From the NCBI RefSeq assembly GCF_902713615.1, contig NC_052160.1, positions 137,372,737 to 137,436,736 of the forward strand: 64,000 nt of DNA, in the 5' to 3' direction. Of the stretch, positions 34,399 through 48,500 are shown piece by piece. Below the pieces are notes generated by a model. The model did no database searches and had not been told where the DNA came from. It saw only the letters and a program-made list of their open reading frames with translations. The translations under genes were made by a program, and so were the position numbers. The stretch's first letter is position 1. Every line of letters starts with the position of its first letter. This DNA is from Scyliorhinus canicula. Taxonomy: Eukaryota.

Positions 34399-36648
34399 CT
34401 TCCCACTACTCTTTGCCACATTATAGGCTCTCTCTTTTGCCTTGATGCATTCCCTGACTTCCTTTGTCAACCATGGCTGCCTAATCCTCCCTCTGATAAC
34501 CTTGCTTTTCTTTGGGATGAACCTCTGCACTGTGTCCTCAATTACTCCCAGAAACTCCTGCCATTGCTGTTCTACTGTCTTTCCCACTAGGCTCTGCTTC
34601 CAGTCGATTTTCGTCAGTTCCTCCCTCATGCGCCTGTAATTACCTTTATTTAACTGTAAAACCTTTACATCTGATTCAACCTTCCTTCTTTCAAATTGCA
34701 GACTGAATTCTACCATATTATGATCACTGCTTCCTAAGTGTTCCCTTACTTTAAGATCTTTTATCAATTCTGGCTCATTACATAACACTAAGTCCAGAAT
34801 AGCCTGTTCCCTCGTGGGCTCCATCACAAGCTGTTCCAAAAAGCCATCCTGTAAACATTCAATGAATTCCCTTTCTTTGGGTCCACTGGCAACATTATTT
34901 ACCCAGACCACCTGCATATTGAAGTCCCCCATGATCACTGTGACCTTGCCTTTCTGACATGCCCTTTCTATTTCGTGGTGCATTTTGTGCCCCTGGTCCT
35001 GACCACTGTCAGGAGGCCTGTACATAACTCCCATTATGGTTTTTTTGCCTTTGTGGTTCCTCAACTCTACCCACACAGACTCCACATCGTCTGACCCTAT
35101 GTCGTTTAGTGCTATTGATTTAATTTCATTTCTAATTAACAAGGCAACCCCGCCCCCTCTACCCACCTCTCTTTTCGATAGGTTGTAAATCCCTGGATGT
35201 TTAACTGCCAGTCCTGAACCCCCTGCAACCACGTCTCTGTGATGCCTACCACATCATACCTGCCAGTCACAATCTGGGCCACAAGCTCATCTACCTTGTT
35301 CCGTACACTGCGGGCATTTAAATATAGCACCTATAATTCCCTATTGACTGTCCCTTTTTGTTTTCTTAGTGTGGTGGACCTTGGTTTACTGAGCCTTTCC
35401 ATACACTGTGTCATATTTTGTGAGATGGGGACTATCGTAACCTCTCCTGAGCTCTGTCTTTTCGTGATTTTTTGTAATCCTAAGCAGCTACGCTTCCCAC
35501 TGATTCCTTCACCTCTTGGTTCCCTGACTTTCCCTTCCCCCCCCAATCTCTAGTTTAAAGTCCTATTGACCACCCTATTTACTCTTTTCGCCAGAACACT
35601 GGTTCCCAGCTCGGTTCAGGTGGAGACCATCCCAACGGTATAGGTCCCCCCTGTCCCAAAACTGATGCCAGTGTCCCATGAAAAGGAACCCCTCTTTCCC
35701 ACACCACTCTTTCAGCCACGTGTTAACTTCCCTTATTCTTGCCTCCCTATGCCAATTTGCACGTGGCTCGGGCAGTAATCCGGAGATTATGACCCTTGAG
35801 GACCTGTTTTTTAATTTGAATCCTAGCTCTTTATAATCCCTAAACAGGTCCTCTTTCCTAGACTTGCCTATGTTGTTGGTACCGACATGGACCACAACAA
35901 CTGGATCCTCCCCCTCCCTCTCCAATATCCTTTCAAGCCGGTCAGAGATGTCCCGCACCCTAGCACCGGGCAGGCAACATACCATGCGGGACCCTCTATC
36001 CTGCTCACAAAGGATACTATCTATCCCTCTGATAATAGAATCTCCTACAACTACAACTTGCCTATTTACTTCCTCCCCTTGAATGACCTGCTGAACCATG
36101 GTGCCTTGGTCAGCTGACTCATCCTTCCTGCAGCCCTGTTCGCCATCCACACAGGGAGCAAGTGCCTCGTACCTGTTGGACAGGGTCAAGGGCTGAGGCT
36201 CCTGAGTTCCTGACTGCTGGTTCCCTTTACCTGCCTGACTTGCAGTCACACCCTGCTGTCCCTGGCCACTGGCAGGATTTAAACTATTTACTCTGACAGG
36301 TGTGACTGCCTCCTGAAACAAAGTGTCCAGGTAAGCCTCCCCCTCCCGGATGTGCCTCAGTGTGTGAAGCTCAGACTCCAGCTCATCAACTCTGAGCCGG
36401 AGTTCTTCGAGCAGCCAACACTTACTGCAGATGTGGTCGCTGCAGCTCGCAATGGGATCTGCCAGCTCCCACATCAAGCAGCTTAAGCACATCACCTGAC
36501 CAGCCATCTCTAATTAATAAATTTGTTTAATTTAAGTTTACAAGTTTTAAATTTGGGGCAGATTTGTTATCAACCAATCAGATCACAACTTCCCTCTGAC
36601 GTCACTTTTGAAAAAAAAGTGGAAAACAGGAAGTTACCGTTAGGTCTG

Positions 36649-37254
36649 TATACTCACCCAGAGACTGCTCCTCCTCCTCTGAATGGCTCCCGAAACTAGG
36701 CCTCGATCCCCGGGTTAAAGTGAGTTTTTATACTCACCCAGAGACTGCTCCTCCTCTGAACGGCTCCCGAAACTAGGCCTCAATCCCCGGGTTAAAGTGA
36801 GTTTTTATACTCACCCAGAGACTGCTCCTCCTCTGAATGGCTCCCGAAACTAGGCCTCAATCCCCGGGTTAAAGTGAGTTTTTATACTCACCCAGAGACT
36901 GATCCTCCTCCTCTGAAAGGCTCCCGAAACAAGGCCTCGATCCCCGGGTTAAAGTGAGTTTTTATACTCACCCAGAGACTGCTCCTCCTCCTCTGAATGG
37001 CTCCCGAAACTAGGCCTCGATCCTCGGGTTAAAGTGAGTTTTTATACTCACCCAGAGACTGCTCCTCCTCCTCTGAACGGCTCCCGAAACTAGGCCTCGA
37101 TCCCCAGGTTAAAGTGAGTTTTTATACTCACCCAGAGACTGCTCCTCCTCCTCTGAACGGCTCCCGAAACTAGGCCTCGATCCCCGGGTTAAAGTGAGTT
37201 TTTATACTCACCCAGAGACTGCTCCTCCTCATCTGAACGGCTCCCGAAACTAGG
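36649..37254 (-). repeat. Tandem array of about 7.6 x 77-80 bp monomers at the CR1 #3 5' end
   Basis: Units start at 36649, 36729, 36806, 36883, 36963, 37043, 37123 and 37203, and are near-identical. Confidence 0.95.
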
Positions 37255-38304
37255 GATGTTAAAAAGACAAACCCGTAGTCTGAAGATGTGCAGGTTAGGT
37301 GGATTAAGTGGTCACGCGAAATTTCCCCGTAGAGTCCAAAAAGTTAGGTGGGTCTGCTGGGTTACGGGGATAGGCTGGAGGTGTGGGCTGAGATAGGGTG
37401 CTCTTTCACGGGCCAGTGAAGACTCGATGGGCCGAATGGCCTCCTTCTGCACTGTAAATTCGATGTAAATTCTATGATCAGATACTAGTGGACGGGCGCA
37501 GAAAGTAATCAAAAAGGCTCAACACAATGAAAGTCTTTATTTCAATGAGACTGGAGTTTAAGTGACAAATTTGACAGATTCTTGGTCCGACTACCTCTGG
37601 AATTCTGCAGCCAGTTTTGGGCAGCATCAAAGCCATTGCCATGGGCCTGGAGTCACATGTAGGCCAGACCAGATAAAGAGGGAGATTAGTGAGGATTTCC
37701 AACAATTTATGACCATTTGTCACCTTCTCCCAGAACAAGATGGGTTTATACAGCAATTGATAATAGTTTCCTGGTTACCGTGAGACAAGTTTTCAATTCC
37801 AGATTTATTAATCAATTGAATTTTACTTCATTGCATTTATATTCCACCAGCTGACATGTTGAAGCCATGTTCCCAGCGCATTATCAGGAGCCTCTAGAAT
37901 AGATTATTAGCCAAGTGACATTAACACTACAGCACCATCTCTGCAATATCAATGAACCAGAATGATACAGGGAGCACAAGATTCAATTACATGCAGAGAT
38001 TGCACACATTTGCTGAATTTCCTCAAGCTTGGAGGTTGGGGGTGAGCTGATTGAACTTTTTAAGGGAATCAGCCAGGTAGGCACTGAGAAACACTTTGCT
38101 CAGTGGGCAGATTGAGCACAAGTAGGCAGGGACGAACAGTGAGAGATAAGATATTGAGGAGTGAAATTCGGAAGCATTTCTTTCACACAGCTGGTCATGG
38201 AAATCTGAAACTGGTCCATGCTAAAGGTTATGGGTGCTGGGCCAATCAAACTTAGGTAAGAATATCAAAGGATATGTTTTGGTGAGCAGAAATAGGAGTG
38301 GAAT

Positions 38305-38540
38305 GGGCGGCACGGTGGCGCTGTGGGTTAGCCCTGCTGCCTCACGGCGCCGAGGTCCCAGGTTCGATCCCGGCTCTGGGTCACTGTCCGTGTGGAGTTT
38401 GCACATTCTCCCCGTGTCTGCGTGGGTTTCGCCCCCACAACCCAAAAGATGTGCAGGCTAGGTGGGTTGGCCACGCTAAATTGCCCCTTAATTGGAAAAA
38501 ATGAATTGGGCACTCTAAATTTATAAAAAAAAAGAAATAG
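38305..38540 (+). mobile_element. HE1-like SINE (short subfamily)
   Basis: GGGCGGCACGGTGGCGC head. Similar copies at about 54400(+), 58080(-) and 58828(+). Confidence 0.8.
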
Positions 38541-38647
38541 GAGTGGAATAACAGATAAACCCAATCTTATCCAATTGAAAAGTGCAACAGACTCGAGGGA
38601 ATGAATGAGCTACTCCTGTTGCTATGGTCATGCGTAACCATCCTTTA

Positions 38648-38998
38648 TAGAATCATAGAATTTACAGTGCAGAAGGAGGCCATTCGGCCCATCAAGTCTG
38701 CACCGGCCCTTCAAAAGAGCACCCAACCCAAGCCCATACTTCAACCTTATCCACAACTCCACCCTATCCTCGTAACCCCACCTAACCTTTTTTGGGCACT
38801 AAGGGAAATTTAGCACAGCTAATCCACGTAACCTGAACATCTTTGGGCTGTGGGAGGAACCCGGAGCACCCGGAGGAAACTCACTCAGACACGGGAGAAT
38901 GTGCAGACTCCACACAAACAGTGGCCCAAGCTGGGAATCGAACCTGGGATCCTGGAGCTGTGAAGCAACCGTGCTAACCTCTGTGCTACCGTGCTGCC
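38648..38998 (-). mobile_element. HE1-like SINE
   Basis: Full head and (ATTCTATG)n tail. Similar copies at about 47688-48015(-) and 60085-60345(-). Confidence 0.8.
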
Positions 38999-39914
38999 CA
39001 TATACAACCCTTCCGTCGTATAATCCAATTTTATTAAACTGTCGATACAAGAAAAAGGAAGGAAATGGGAAAGGTTAAAAACAGCGACAGGGCTGATAGT
39101 TTTTGGACAAAAACACAAGGGGACTTTTGCAGACTGCATCAAGAGGCTGAGACCCATTGGTATTGTTGCTGGAAGTAGCAAGTGGACTGTATAAAATATA
39201 TTTAATAACACAGACATAACAACCTATTTCTCCAGTCAACTGTCCAGAATCACAGCTGCAGGGAAACATTAGTTACCTGTGAGAAAATAATGTTCCATGT
39301 TTTCCAGAAGGACACAAATGAGAGATTTTCCCAGCACACATGCAATGGGGGGACAGAGTGATCCTGAAACTGCTCCACTTCTTCAGAAGCTTTGTCTCAA
39401 TTTGTTGCCATTTGCAGAATTCTGTTCAAAACTGAATTGTCAATTGATTCATCGTTCTCATTCTCAATGATTCTGATGTTTGTCTTTTCCAGCCACTCAA
39501 TGATTCCGGTTCTCACAGCTTATCCAATGTGGGGAAATGACGATTCTGGGCTTGCATCAACATTGATGGAATTTTGCCTCCTGATCAAGTATTCATTATT
39601 CATCCAGCTTTCAGCATTTCTACAAATCTGCCTCATAAAGTGCTGTTTCCAAGTACGTTTACGAAGGTTTTACATTTTAGCAAACAACACAACAAAATTA
39701 CAAAATGATACATTGCCAGAAGCAAAGAAAGAAAATGCTTCAGCGTCCATTAATACGGAGGGGGACAGGAGAACAACATGATAACTGGCTGGATATAATC
39801 ATTGGACATAGCTAGGTCTCTCTGTAGCCCAACCAAAGACCAAGAGAGAAACAGGATGAGGCCATGAAAAGATGGGAAAATGGTGCGCACGTTCCCACAC
39901 TGCGCCTGCTCACA

Positions 39915-42375
39915 ATTACCGCGGGAGTTCAGGATAAATTATCTCCGCCATGTTCGATCGCGCCCCAATATGTTTCTTCCTCAACTTGAGCAGCACCAAT
40001 GACACATCACAGCTTCCTCTCCTCGGATAGCAAACCCATCTACACACATGCAGGAACCAATCACGGATTCTTCGTACCCACCCTTTTAAACAAAAACAAG
40101 GAAAATACCTGGGGCGGGATTCTCCACCCCCCCGCCGGCAGGGAGAATCGCCGGGGGTTGGCGTGAATCCTCGTAATTCTCCCGGCCCCCCAAGAAGTGC
40201 CCTGGCGTGAGTCGCGCCGCCTGCCTCGGAGAATGGCGGGGTCCGGCGCGACTCAATGGACCCCGGGGCTGCCCGAATTCTCCGGCCCACGGTGGGCCGA
40301 AGACCCGCCCATTCTTTGCCGGTCCCGCCGGCGTAAATTAGAGTAGGTCCCTTACCAGCGGGGTTCTTGGGGGGTCGCGTGGGATCTGGCCCCGGGAGGT
40401 GCCCTCATGGTGGCCTGGCCCGCGGTCGGGGCCCACCGATCCGCGAGCGGGCCTGTGCCGTGGGGGCACTCTATTGTTCCGCACCAGAGGCCGTGGTCTT
40501 CCGCCATTCCCGGTGCGGAAGCGATTCCCTCTGCGCATGCGCGGGGATGACGAAAACACACGCTGGCGCTCCCGCACATGCGCCGACTCGCGGAGGCCCT
40601 TTGGCGCCAGTTGGCGTGGCGCCAAGCCCCTTTCCCGCCGGCCGGCGGGGCGCCAACCACTCCAGGGCAGGCCGACGCCGGGACTCCCCGCCCCACCGGG
40701 TAGGGGAGAATCCCACCCCAGTAATCCCCAGTTGCATATGTACCACACAATGCACTTAACCCCAATTTCAGACGCAGTACAGAACCAACATCATTCCATA
40801 CATCCATGCAGAGAGGACCGGTAACAGCATGTTCAGATTATGATCAAAGCCTTCAGACCGCTCAAGAAAGAAAAAAGAAGGGCGGAGAGGTAGAATTACC
40901 AGAAGTAACCCACAGGTTATCGAAAAAACAGGATCCAACCCTGGTTCCATATTTCTCTGGCGCTCACTGAGCGCCCACAAATGAAGAAGAGAACAGGCTG
41001 CTCATTCACACAAGAGAGTCTCCCACTCTGGGGGAGCATCAGGATATTAATCGAAGAACCAAAGTTGGCTCATCCCCTGGCCGTGGTGCTCCAAAAACTC
41101 CAAATCCAGCCTCTCAGGATGTCCCTAATAAGTGCTTTCGAGAAGGGATATCCCAAGCTCCCTGGGGGCGACCCGATAGTCGCCACGTCACTGGTCCAAG
41201 CCGAGGCCAGCACATCCCAACACACAGGAACTGATAGCCCAGGACCCTTCAGCACGCCCAAAAAAGTTACAGCCCAGCCAAACCTGCACCACTCCAACCA
41301 CATCCGGGTCAATGGACCACCCCCACTCACACTAAAAAAGAAATATGGGTGATGATGCCAGACCCAACTGGGAAGACTCCACCACCAAAGAGAAGAATCG
41401 TCAAGATACCCAACAATTGGGCACCCTGGGAGGGGGGCAATTCCCTCTACGCTGGTACAACCAGGGGAACTTACCCCAAACCATCAGAGTGGACCAGGAA
41501 TAGAAACTTGTTCATCAGATGAAGAGAAGAAGAAACACCCTCCAAGGGAGGACTGCCCAAACTGACCCAGAAACATTAACCAGCACCACTCACTTACCGC
41601 CATCACAGAAGGGATAACTAGAACAATCCCTGCCTTCAACAGCCTCCCCTCAGTGTTCACCATCACTCCAATCCTCCCATTCGAATAGATCTGAAGAGAA
41701 GAAAGAGGCTCAAAGGAAAATCTACCACCTCAAGGAAGAGTCCGAAGGAACCCAGACCCCTCCAGGATACACAACCTGCCCAGGCCAGTGAAGGGCAAAG
41801 GCACGGATTCTTAAATTCAAACAGAAAAAAACAAAATAAAGCCCAATACAGATTAGCTCCAGCCGCAATCTCAGCGAGGACTGAACTGACCCAACCATCC
41901 AACCGCCCAGACAGTGGATGGGAGATGATTCGATCTATCACCTTCCTCAAATCCCTCACGATGAACATCGTGAATAGGATAATATAGAACCAGCGTTCAG
42001 GGGATGCACCCCGCCCCTGACCTTGTGCCCACTCAAACCCGTTTCATCCAGCCTCTAGATCAACATTGCTGAAGCATGGTCGCCAATTTCTCAATGGCGG
42101 CCATTATCCGGATGTGCACAGCGCCGCTGAAGCGAGACTCTGCTCACCAGCAACAACGTTCACTGCAAGGTGGGCCCCAGCCCAGCCCGCGTCAACCACC
42201 AGGGTGAAACGAGGATTTTAACCATTTATTTAGGCTTTACTTCCCAAAAACAACAAACAAGATCCTCCAGGGACATAGCACAAGTCACGTATCCCAAGAA
42301 AAGACAAATGTGAAATGTGCATCAGGATAAAATAACAGATTACATCCTGAACAGAGCCAGAGCTCACGTAAACGT
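39915..42375 (-). mobile_element. L1-clade 5' region remnant (5'UTR, ORF1 pieces, endonuclease start), interrupted by a MITE
   Basis: Degenerate peptides MFIVRDLRKVIDRII (ORF1-end-like) and GGPLTRMWLEW (TRLITWNV-like endonuclease start). Confidence 0.5.
40112..40718. mobile_element. GC-rich MITE-like element
   Basis: TIRs GGGCGGGATTCTCC and GGAGAATCCCACCC. Flanks are CTG and CAG. Confidence 0.75.
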
Positions 42376-42676
42376 GACCGCTCCCACGCTTACATCACGT
42401 GACCCTCCATAAGGTGTTTTTGTCACTGAATAGTTTTGACCAGAAAATTGGCGGAGGAACGAAAAACCAAAACGGATGGCTGCAAAAGTCAAGTATCTCC
42501 ACCTGGGCGATAATTTATCTGTTTGCTGACTTAATATCTAGCTTTCTTCTTTCATTTCTTATCTTAATTTGTGTCAATTTAAAGGCAATCACATTCTCTA
42601 AGAAACAGACAACAAGAGTTATTCACTCACCAGAAACCAACCGCTCCAATGAGATGTTTCACATTTACCAGAGATA

Positions 42677-43026
42677 GAACACAGAACATAGAACATTACA
42701 GCATAGAACAGGCCCTTCGATGTTGTGCTGAATATTGTCTGAAACCAAGATCAAGCTATCCCACTCCCTGTCATTCTGGTGCGCTCCATGTGCCTATCCA
42801 ATAACCGCTTGTAAGTTCCTAAAGTGTCCGACTCCACTATCACAGCAGGTAGTCCATTCCACACACTAACCACTCTCTGAGTAAAGAACCTACCTCGGAC
42901 ATCCCTCCTATATCTCCCACCCTGAACCTTATAGTTATGCCCCCTTGTAACAGCTACATCCACCCGAGGAAATAGTCTCTGAACGTCCACTCTATCTATC
43001 CCCCTCATCATCTTATAAACCTCTAT
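42677..43026 (-). mobile_element. CR1 3' fragment
   Basis: IEVYKMMRGIDRVD..FFTQRVVSVWN plus the SINE-shared tail. Confidence 0.8.
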
Positions 43027-45362
43027 TATTTGGAACTTCCAAATGGGACAATTTAACTTTGTAACTGCAGAACAGTTAAATAAGAATGTATTTCCCTTTA
43101 TTTCAGAAAGCTGGGTTGATGTTTTCGGGATTGACATTTTAATGTCCCTCTTTGTTGGTTCTGTTACAATCCCAGTTGATGTTACAACTGGACAGGAAGA
43201 TCCCAGAACCCCTGGCTCAAAAGACTTTCATTGTTTACATTTTAAAATAAAACATGGAGGAACAGAGTCACGGGGCCGCTAATTAGTTGTGACTACAGGA
43301 AAAAAATATTTATTAAACATGAAAAATTAGATTATAATGCAAAACTCCTTTACCCCCCCCCCCCCCTCCCCCGCCTTAGTTTAACAAATACACACAGGTT
43401 TGAAAATGATCATGGATTACAAAGTACATATTAAGCTACAATGGTCTCATTAACACAAAGTCCATTTTAAGTATACAGATTAGCTGTGGTCAAATACGCA
43501 CACTCCGTTCTGAACCCAAGTGAGATGGATTTCTCCTCAGAATCCCCCAGACGATTGTTACATGAAAGTTTCCAAACTTCACTCCCAAAACACCGTTTAA
43601 AATCGTCTCTCACAATAATGCTTCCTCTGAGCGGTTTGCATTCCAAATGCCAGTCTAGCTTTCACACAATACTCTTCAGCAAAGCTTCTGCTCCACTTTT
43701 ACCAGGGAATCCTGTCCCCAACTCCTTTGACTACTGCACAAATTGTTCACAATTGCTTTAACTCTCGATTCCCAAACTCTAGAAAAATAGTGTAAATATT
43801 TAATTCACCTCTGAAATCTGCTGTCCCTCTTTAAATCTGGTTACTGTAATTGTCTCGTTAACACAGAACACTTTATTTACTCTTCCTTGAATTCTTCTGT
43901 CAATACCTTGGTCTCCGTTCTTTTAACTCCAGGCACTTGGACATTCTTTTTGGCCCAATTCCCTGATTATCTGGGCTGTAACTTGTTCCTCGGGAAGTTT
44001 GCAACTCAGCAATTCCCTTATCCTGTCCAGCTGCTCCCGGGTGTTGTGTCCAGCTCAAACTAAAACTTAAAAGCTTTTTCAACCTTGCAAGGGCCTCCAG
44101 TTGCTAAGTAATGACTGCTCCTACTATTTATTCTCCATGCCATAATCCTCTCTAAGCACACTAGAATCACAGTTGGAATTGAACCAAGACCACACATACA
44201 AATACCTCTGTCCAACATCAATATAACTCGAGGTTGTACCCTTTCAGGTAGAGAAACATTAAATCAAACACACTCAAAACTATGCCTTAATTTTTTTTTA
44301 AAGAAGGCTTACTTGAACACTGCAATGAAGTTATTGTGAAAAGCCCCTAGTTGCCACATTCCGGTGCCTGTTCCAGCGCCTGTTTCTAACGCTCACCAAA
44401 CAAATATAAATCCCTTAAAACTACCTATATTTTCCTAATAATTGCAGCAAGTTCCCCCTGGTCCCCACCACCCTCCCACCAGAATCACCACCATCACTCA
44501 CCCTACCTAATCTATGTATTACAAAAGAGCGATCTATTCCTTTAGATTTTAAAGGATCCATCATTGCCCATATCGATGAGGAATAAAATATTATATTGGA
44601 ATTAGTTTAAAACGCTAGTTAATTTATATAATTTCCACTTTTTATGGGAGCGATTAGCATCTTCAGTTCGGACTGTGAGAGACGAGCTGACAATTGGAAG
44701 AAGACATCCCGAGGCCACAATCTGCCTGGGGCAAGTTCTGAGACAGAAACTCCACTGGTGTTAGTTCTCAAGGTGTGTAATAACAATTTGGGATCTTCTA
44801 CCATTTGCTCTGGTGCCAGCATGTCTGGAGGTAACGGAAGGGAGGCGAAAAGTACATACAGCTACATCTCTATTGTTGCATCCATACCTCGAGAGGAGCC
44901 ACTAAACAGCAGAGTTACCCGACAGGGAGAGTGATTATTAGGCACAAGCCAGATAACGGACTACCGATATAAATATTTGTAAGACAACATGCACGTGTCT
45001 TTGCACTGATTGAATATTATAATTCAGTATGTGCTCACTTGTAATTGGTTAATTGTTCTCACATACTGTGCATGATGTAAACATAATCAGCAGTCATAAG
45101 TGGACATAAATAACTAATAACAAATGATTGGTATATGCTTGGTGTATTTTTGTGACCGAATCTGATGTACAATATTTGAATCGGGCACTCTGGCTTGTCA
45201 GCTTTGAATGCCATCAATCCGTGCTACAGTTCACAATAAAGGTCTCGTTTGGAACTCCAATTCCTCTGATATTTTGTGAGTGGGAGAGTGAAGTTCACTG
45301 TAGCCGAATAGTCATGTAATTTGCCCTCGACACATATGTAACCGATTGCCTATAGAGACCTG

Positions 45363-45531
45363 GGGCTGGATTCTCCAGTCCCCCCAGCATGCTGCTAGCT
45401 CCCACCGTGAACTCCCACCACACGTCAGTGGGATTTCCCATTGAGGTCACCCCATGCCGCTGGGAAACGCGCTGGCGGTGTTGCGCTGCCGGCAAGAACA
45501 GAGAATCCCAACAGGCGGAGAATCCCAGCCC
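45363..45531. mobile_element. Short MITE of the same TIR family
   Basis: GGGCTGGATTCTCC...GGAGAATCCCAGCCC ends. TSD not clean. Confidence 0.6.
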
Positions 45532-48500
45532 TCATTTTCTCATTGTTTTCAGAGATTGAAAAGATTGTTTTGTATAGAATTCTCCAAGTGATTGTTCCAT
45601 CAATAATGAACAGAAACTCAGTTTAAGGAGAACTCATTAACTCCTCAAGTAAGTTCCTGGTTCATGACCAATGTAAAAAAAGACTTGAAAACAATGGTTT
45701 CAAAGTTGTTGCACCTCATGGCGGTTAAAATGCAAGAAAAATGTGTTGCTATTCTCAAGGTTGGTGTGTGACAGAAACATGTGAATGTACAATAGGTGCT
45801 AATTACTAAATGAAGGGCTGTGTTTGCAACTGGGAGAAGAAGCTCTGCTTTGCTACAGGGTTTGTTAGAGGTAAACATCATGAATGTTGATCCATTATTG
45901 GGCTCCATGTGATACAGGTGGAAGAAACAGTGAACAGGAGAACAGGCTTCATACAAAGCACACCGTGAGTAATTCATCCCAGACACAGCATTCACTAAAC
46001 TGGATGGAATCGAATGAATCATAAAGCAAAGGAAAGGCCGTAACGGAGTGAAAATATGTGGATTAATCGACACAGTTTCCCAAAAGCCCTGAGGCAGTCA
46101 TCAGTTAAACTGTGCTGTGAAATGTGGTTATAGTTCCTGCAGCTCTGAACAGTGATCGCCCTTCCAGGAACTGGGTGGCAGTTTTCTCAGGGGTCAATGG
46201 AACGGACATCAAATTGTATCAGGGACGTCACAGAAGCTTCCCAAAGGCTTCGACATGGCTAAATAACATTCAGAAACTGGAGCCAAAGCTCTTCACTTCT
46301 CATTGTGTTTGCACCTTTCCAAAGGTGAGGCCCTCATTCGCTGTTCAAATGTGGCTATTCATTCCCAAAAATACAATGCTGACAGCAATCAAAAAAAATC
46401 TCTCTGACTCAATGTGTGATTCACAGTTTGGAAAAATACTGACATTTATATTCAATTCCCTTGTCAGAAAACACCAAAGCTGCTTGTAACTGCGCACCAT
46501 CCCTGTACTGAGCTGAGCAAGGATAACATATTGTCCTGAGCATGGGTTTCTAATGGGAGTGTGGTCCCTAATGGCCTGGCATTACAGTAAGGGGTGAGCC
46601 TGCCCCCACATGGCTGGCACCGATTTAAAGCCCTTTGGGTTTGAGGCCAAAGGTGAGTCTGCCCTGTCAGGGTGGCAAACCCATTTCCAGAAACTGCCAG
46701 TTTTATTAATGGGCAAACGCAGCAACTTCATCAGACTCTCAGCGTGGTTAACGGTGAGCTGGGAAGTTAATGGTGGAGTGGCACAAATCAGTCACTAACT
46801 TATGGCAATTTACAATTCATGGGGGATCTCTTCATTGCCACATGTTGCTGACTGATTTTCACATTAATAAAGGCGTGCATCATTCACAGCCCATTATTAT
46901 CGCCAAGTTCGAGGCTGTGATGTTCTCAGCGATTGTAGAGGAAATAAGGCATGTCCGAGTCATTCAACACCAGTTTCGACCGCCTGGTCACACCACCCAA
47001 GATGTCAACAGCCATATCTGCAGATATTGAAAATGAAAAATGCTTATTGTCACGAGTAGGCTTCAAATGAAGTTACTGTGAAAAGCCCCTAGTCGCCACA
47101 TTCCGGCACCTGTTCGGGGAGGCTGTTACGGGAATCGAACCGTGCTGTTGGCTTGCCTTGGCCTGCTTTCAAAGCCAGCGATTTAGCCCAGTGAGCCCCT
47201 CTGACATGTCATGAAGGAGGCAGATGCTGAGCTGTGCTGTTTTTTTATAAGGAGATCTGCAAATAATCAGCAGCATTAAGCTGACACAGCCAGTGATTGC
47301 AGTGCTCAGTGGAAAAATCCACTCTGTACAGGAAGCACAGAAGGAGGCCATTCAGTCCATCGTCTCTGCTCTGAACAAAAAAAGGGAAAAAACCTAGCCG
47401 CTCATTTTAATCCCACTATTTAGCACCACGTCCAGAGCCTCTCAGGTTACTTCAGGTGCCGATCCAGGTACGCTGTAAAGGAGTTGAGTGTTTCAGCCTC
47501 AACTACCCAGTCACAAAGTGCATTCAGACACCCACCAGCTCTGTGTGAAAACGTTTTTCATCTAATTTAATTTAATCTAATCCTTCTACCAATTGCCTTA
47601 AATCTATGTCCCCTGGTAACTGACCTTTCAACTGGGGGAAAACACAGGCCTTTCTTGTTTACCTTATCTCAGCCCCTCATGATTTTATCATAGAATTTAC
47701 AGTGCAGAAGGAGGCCATTCGGCCCATCGAGTCTGCACCGGCTCTTGGAAAGAGCACCCTACCCAAGGTCAACACCTCCACCCTATCCCCATAACCCAGT
47801 AACCCCACCGATTACTAAGGGCAATTTTGGACACTAAGGGCAATTTATCATGGCTAATCGACCTAACCCGCACATCTTTGGACTGTGGGAGGAAACCCAC
47901 GCACACACGGGGAGGATGTGCAGACTCCGCGCAGACAGTGACCCAAGCTGGAATCGAACCTGGGATCCTGGAGCTGTGAAGCGATTGTGCTAACCACTAT
48001 GCTACCATGCTGTCCTTGGGCAGAGAAAGGAGATCTGTACCCCTCAATGAGGTCTCTCCTTAGCCTCCTCTCTTTGAAAGACAATAACCTGAGCCTATCC
48101 AATAGCGGCGATTATCAAGCCCTTTCTGCAATCTTCTCTCGGGGTGATGTACATGATGGCAGCATCTGTCCGCCCCTCTGTCACTGGCTGTTGTTTTGGA
48201 AAAGGTGATAAATAAATTTTTTTTAAAACGTTATTCCATTTTATTTCACCCAAAAGTGGTTATAATGAAATTTAAAAAATGAAATGAAAATTGCTTATTG
48301 TCATGAGTAGGCTTCAATGAAGTTACTGTGAAAAGCCCCTAGTCACCACATTCCAGCACCTGTCCAGGGAGGCTGGTACAGGAATTGAACCGTGCTGCTG
48401 GCCTGCTTGGTCTGCTTTAAAAAGCCAACGATTTAGCCGAGTGAGCTAATAGGGAAAACTGAAAGGTTGTTATATTCTGGGGATGGTAAATTTTGAAGAA

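Larger units (their letters stand above)
31475..37254 (-). mobile_element. Full-length CR1 LINE #3 (inactivated), with 5' monomer array
   Basis: Tail repeats at 31475, RT ORF 31557..33425, endonuclease 34324..35330 (frameshifted), esterase ORF1 35575..36507, and an LTR insertion in ORF2. Confidence 0.9.

Noticed and set aside
36649-37254. CRISPR array
   Set aside because: The units are near-identical along their whole length with no unique spacers, the context is eukaryotic, and there are no cas genes.
39681-39781. Terminal exon (A)NNTTKLQ...DRRTT*
   Set aside because: It needs phase 1 whereas the TM exon ends in phase 0, and I found no bridging exon. Left unassigned.
48120-48206. Second TM exon (..GVMYMMAASVRPSVTGCCFGK)
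   Set aside because: Only vague resemblance to the real TM exon, insufficient hydrophobic length, and no acceptor.
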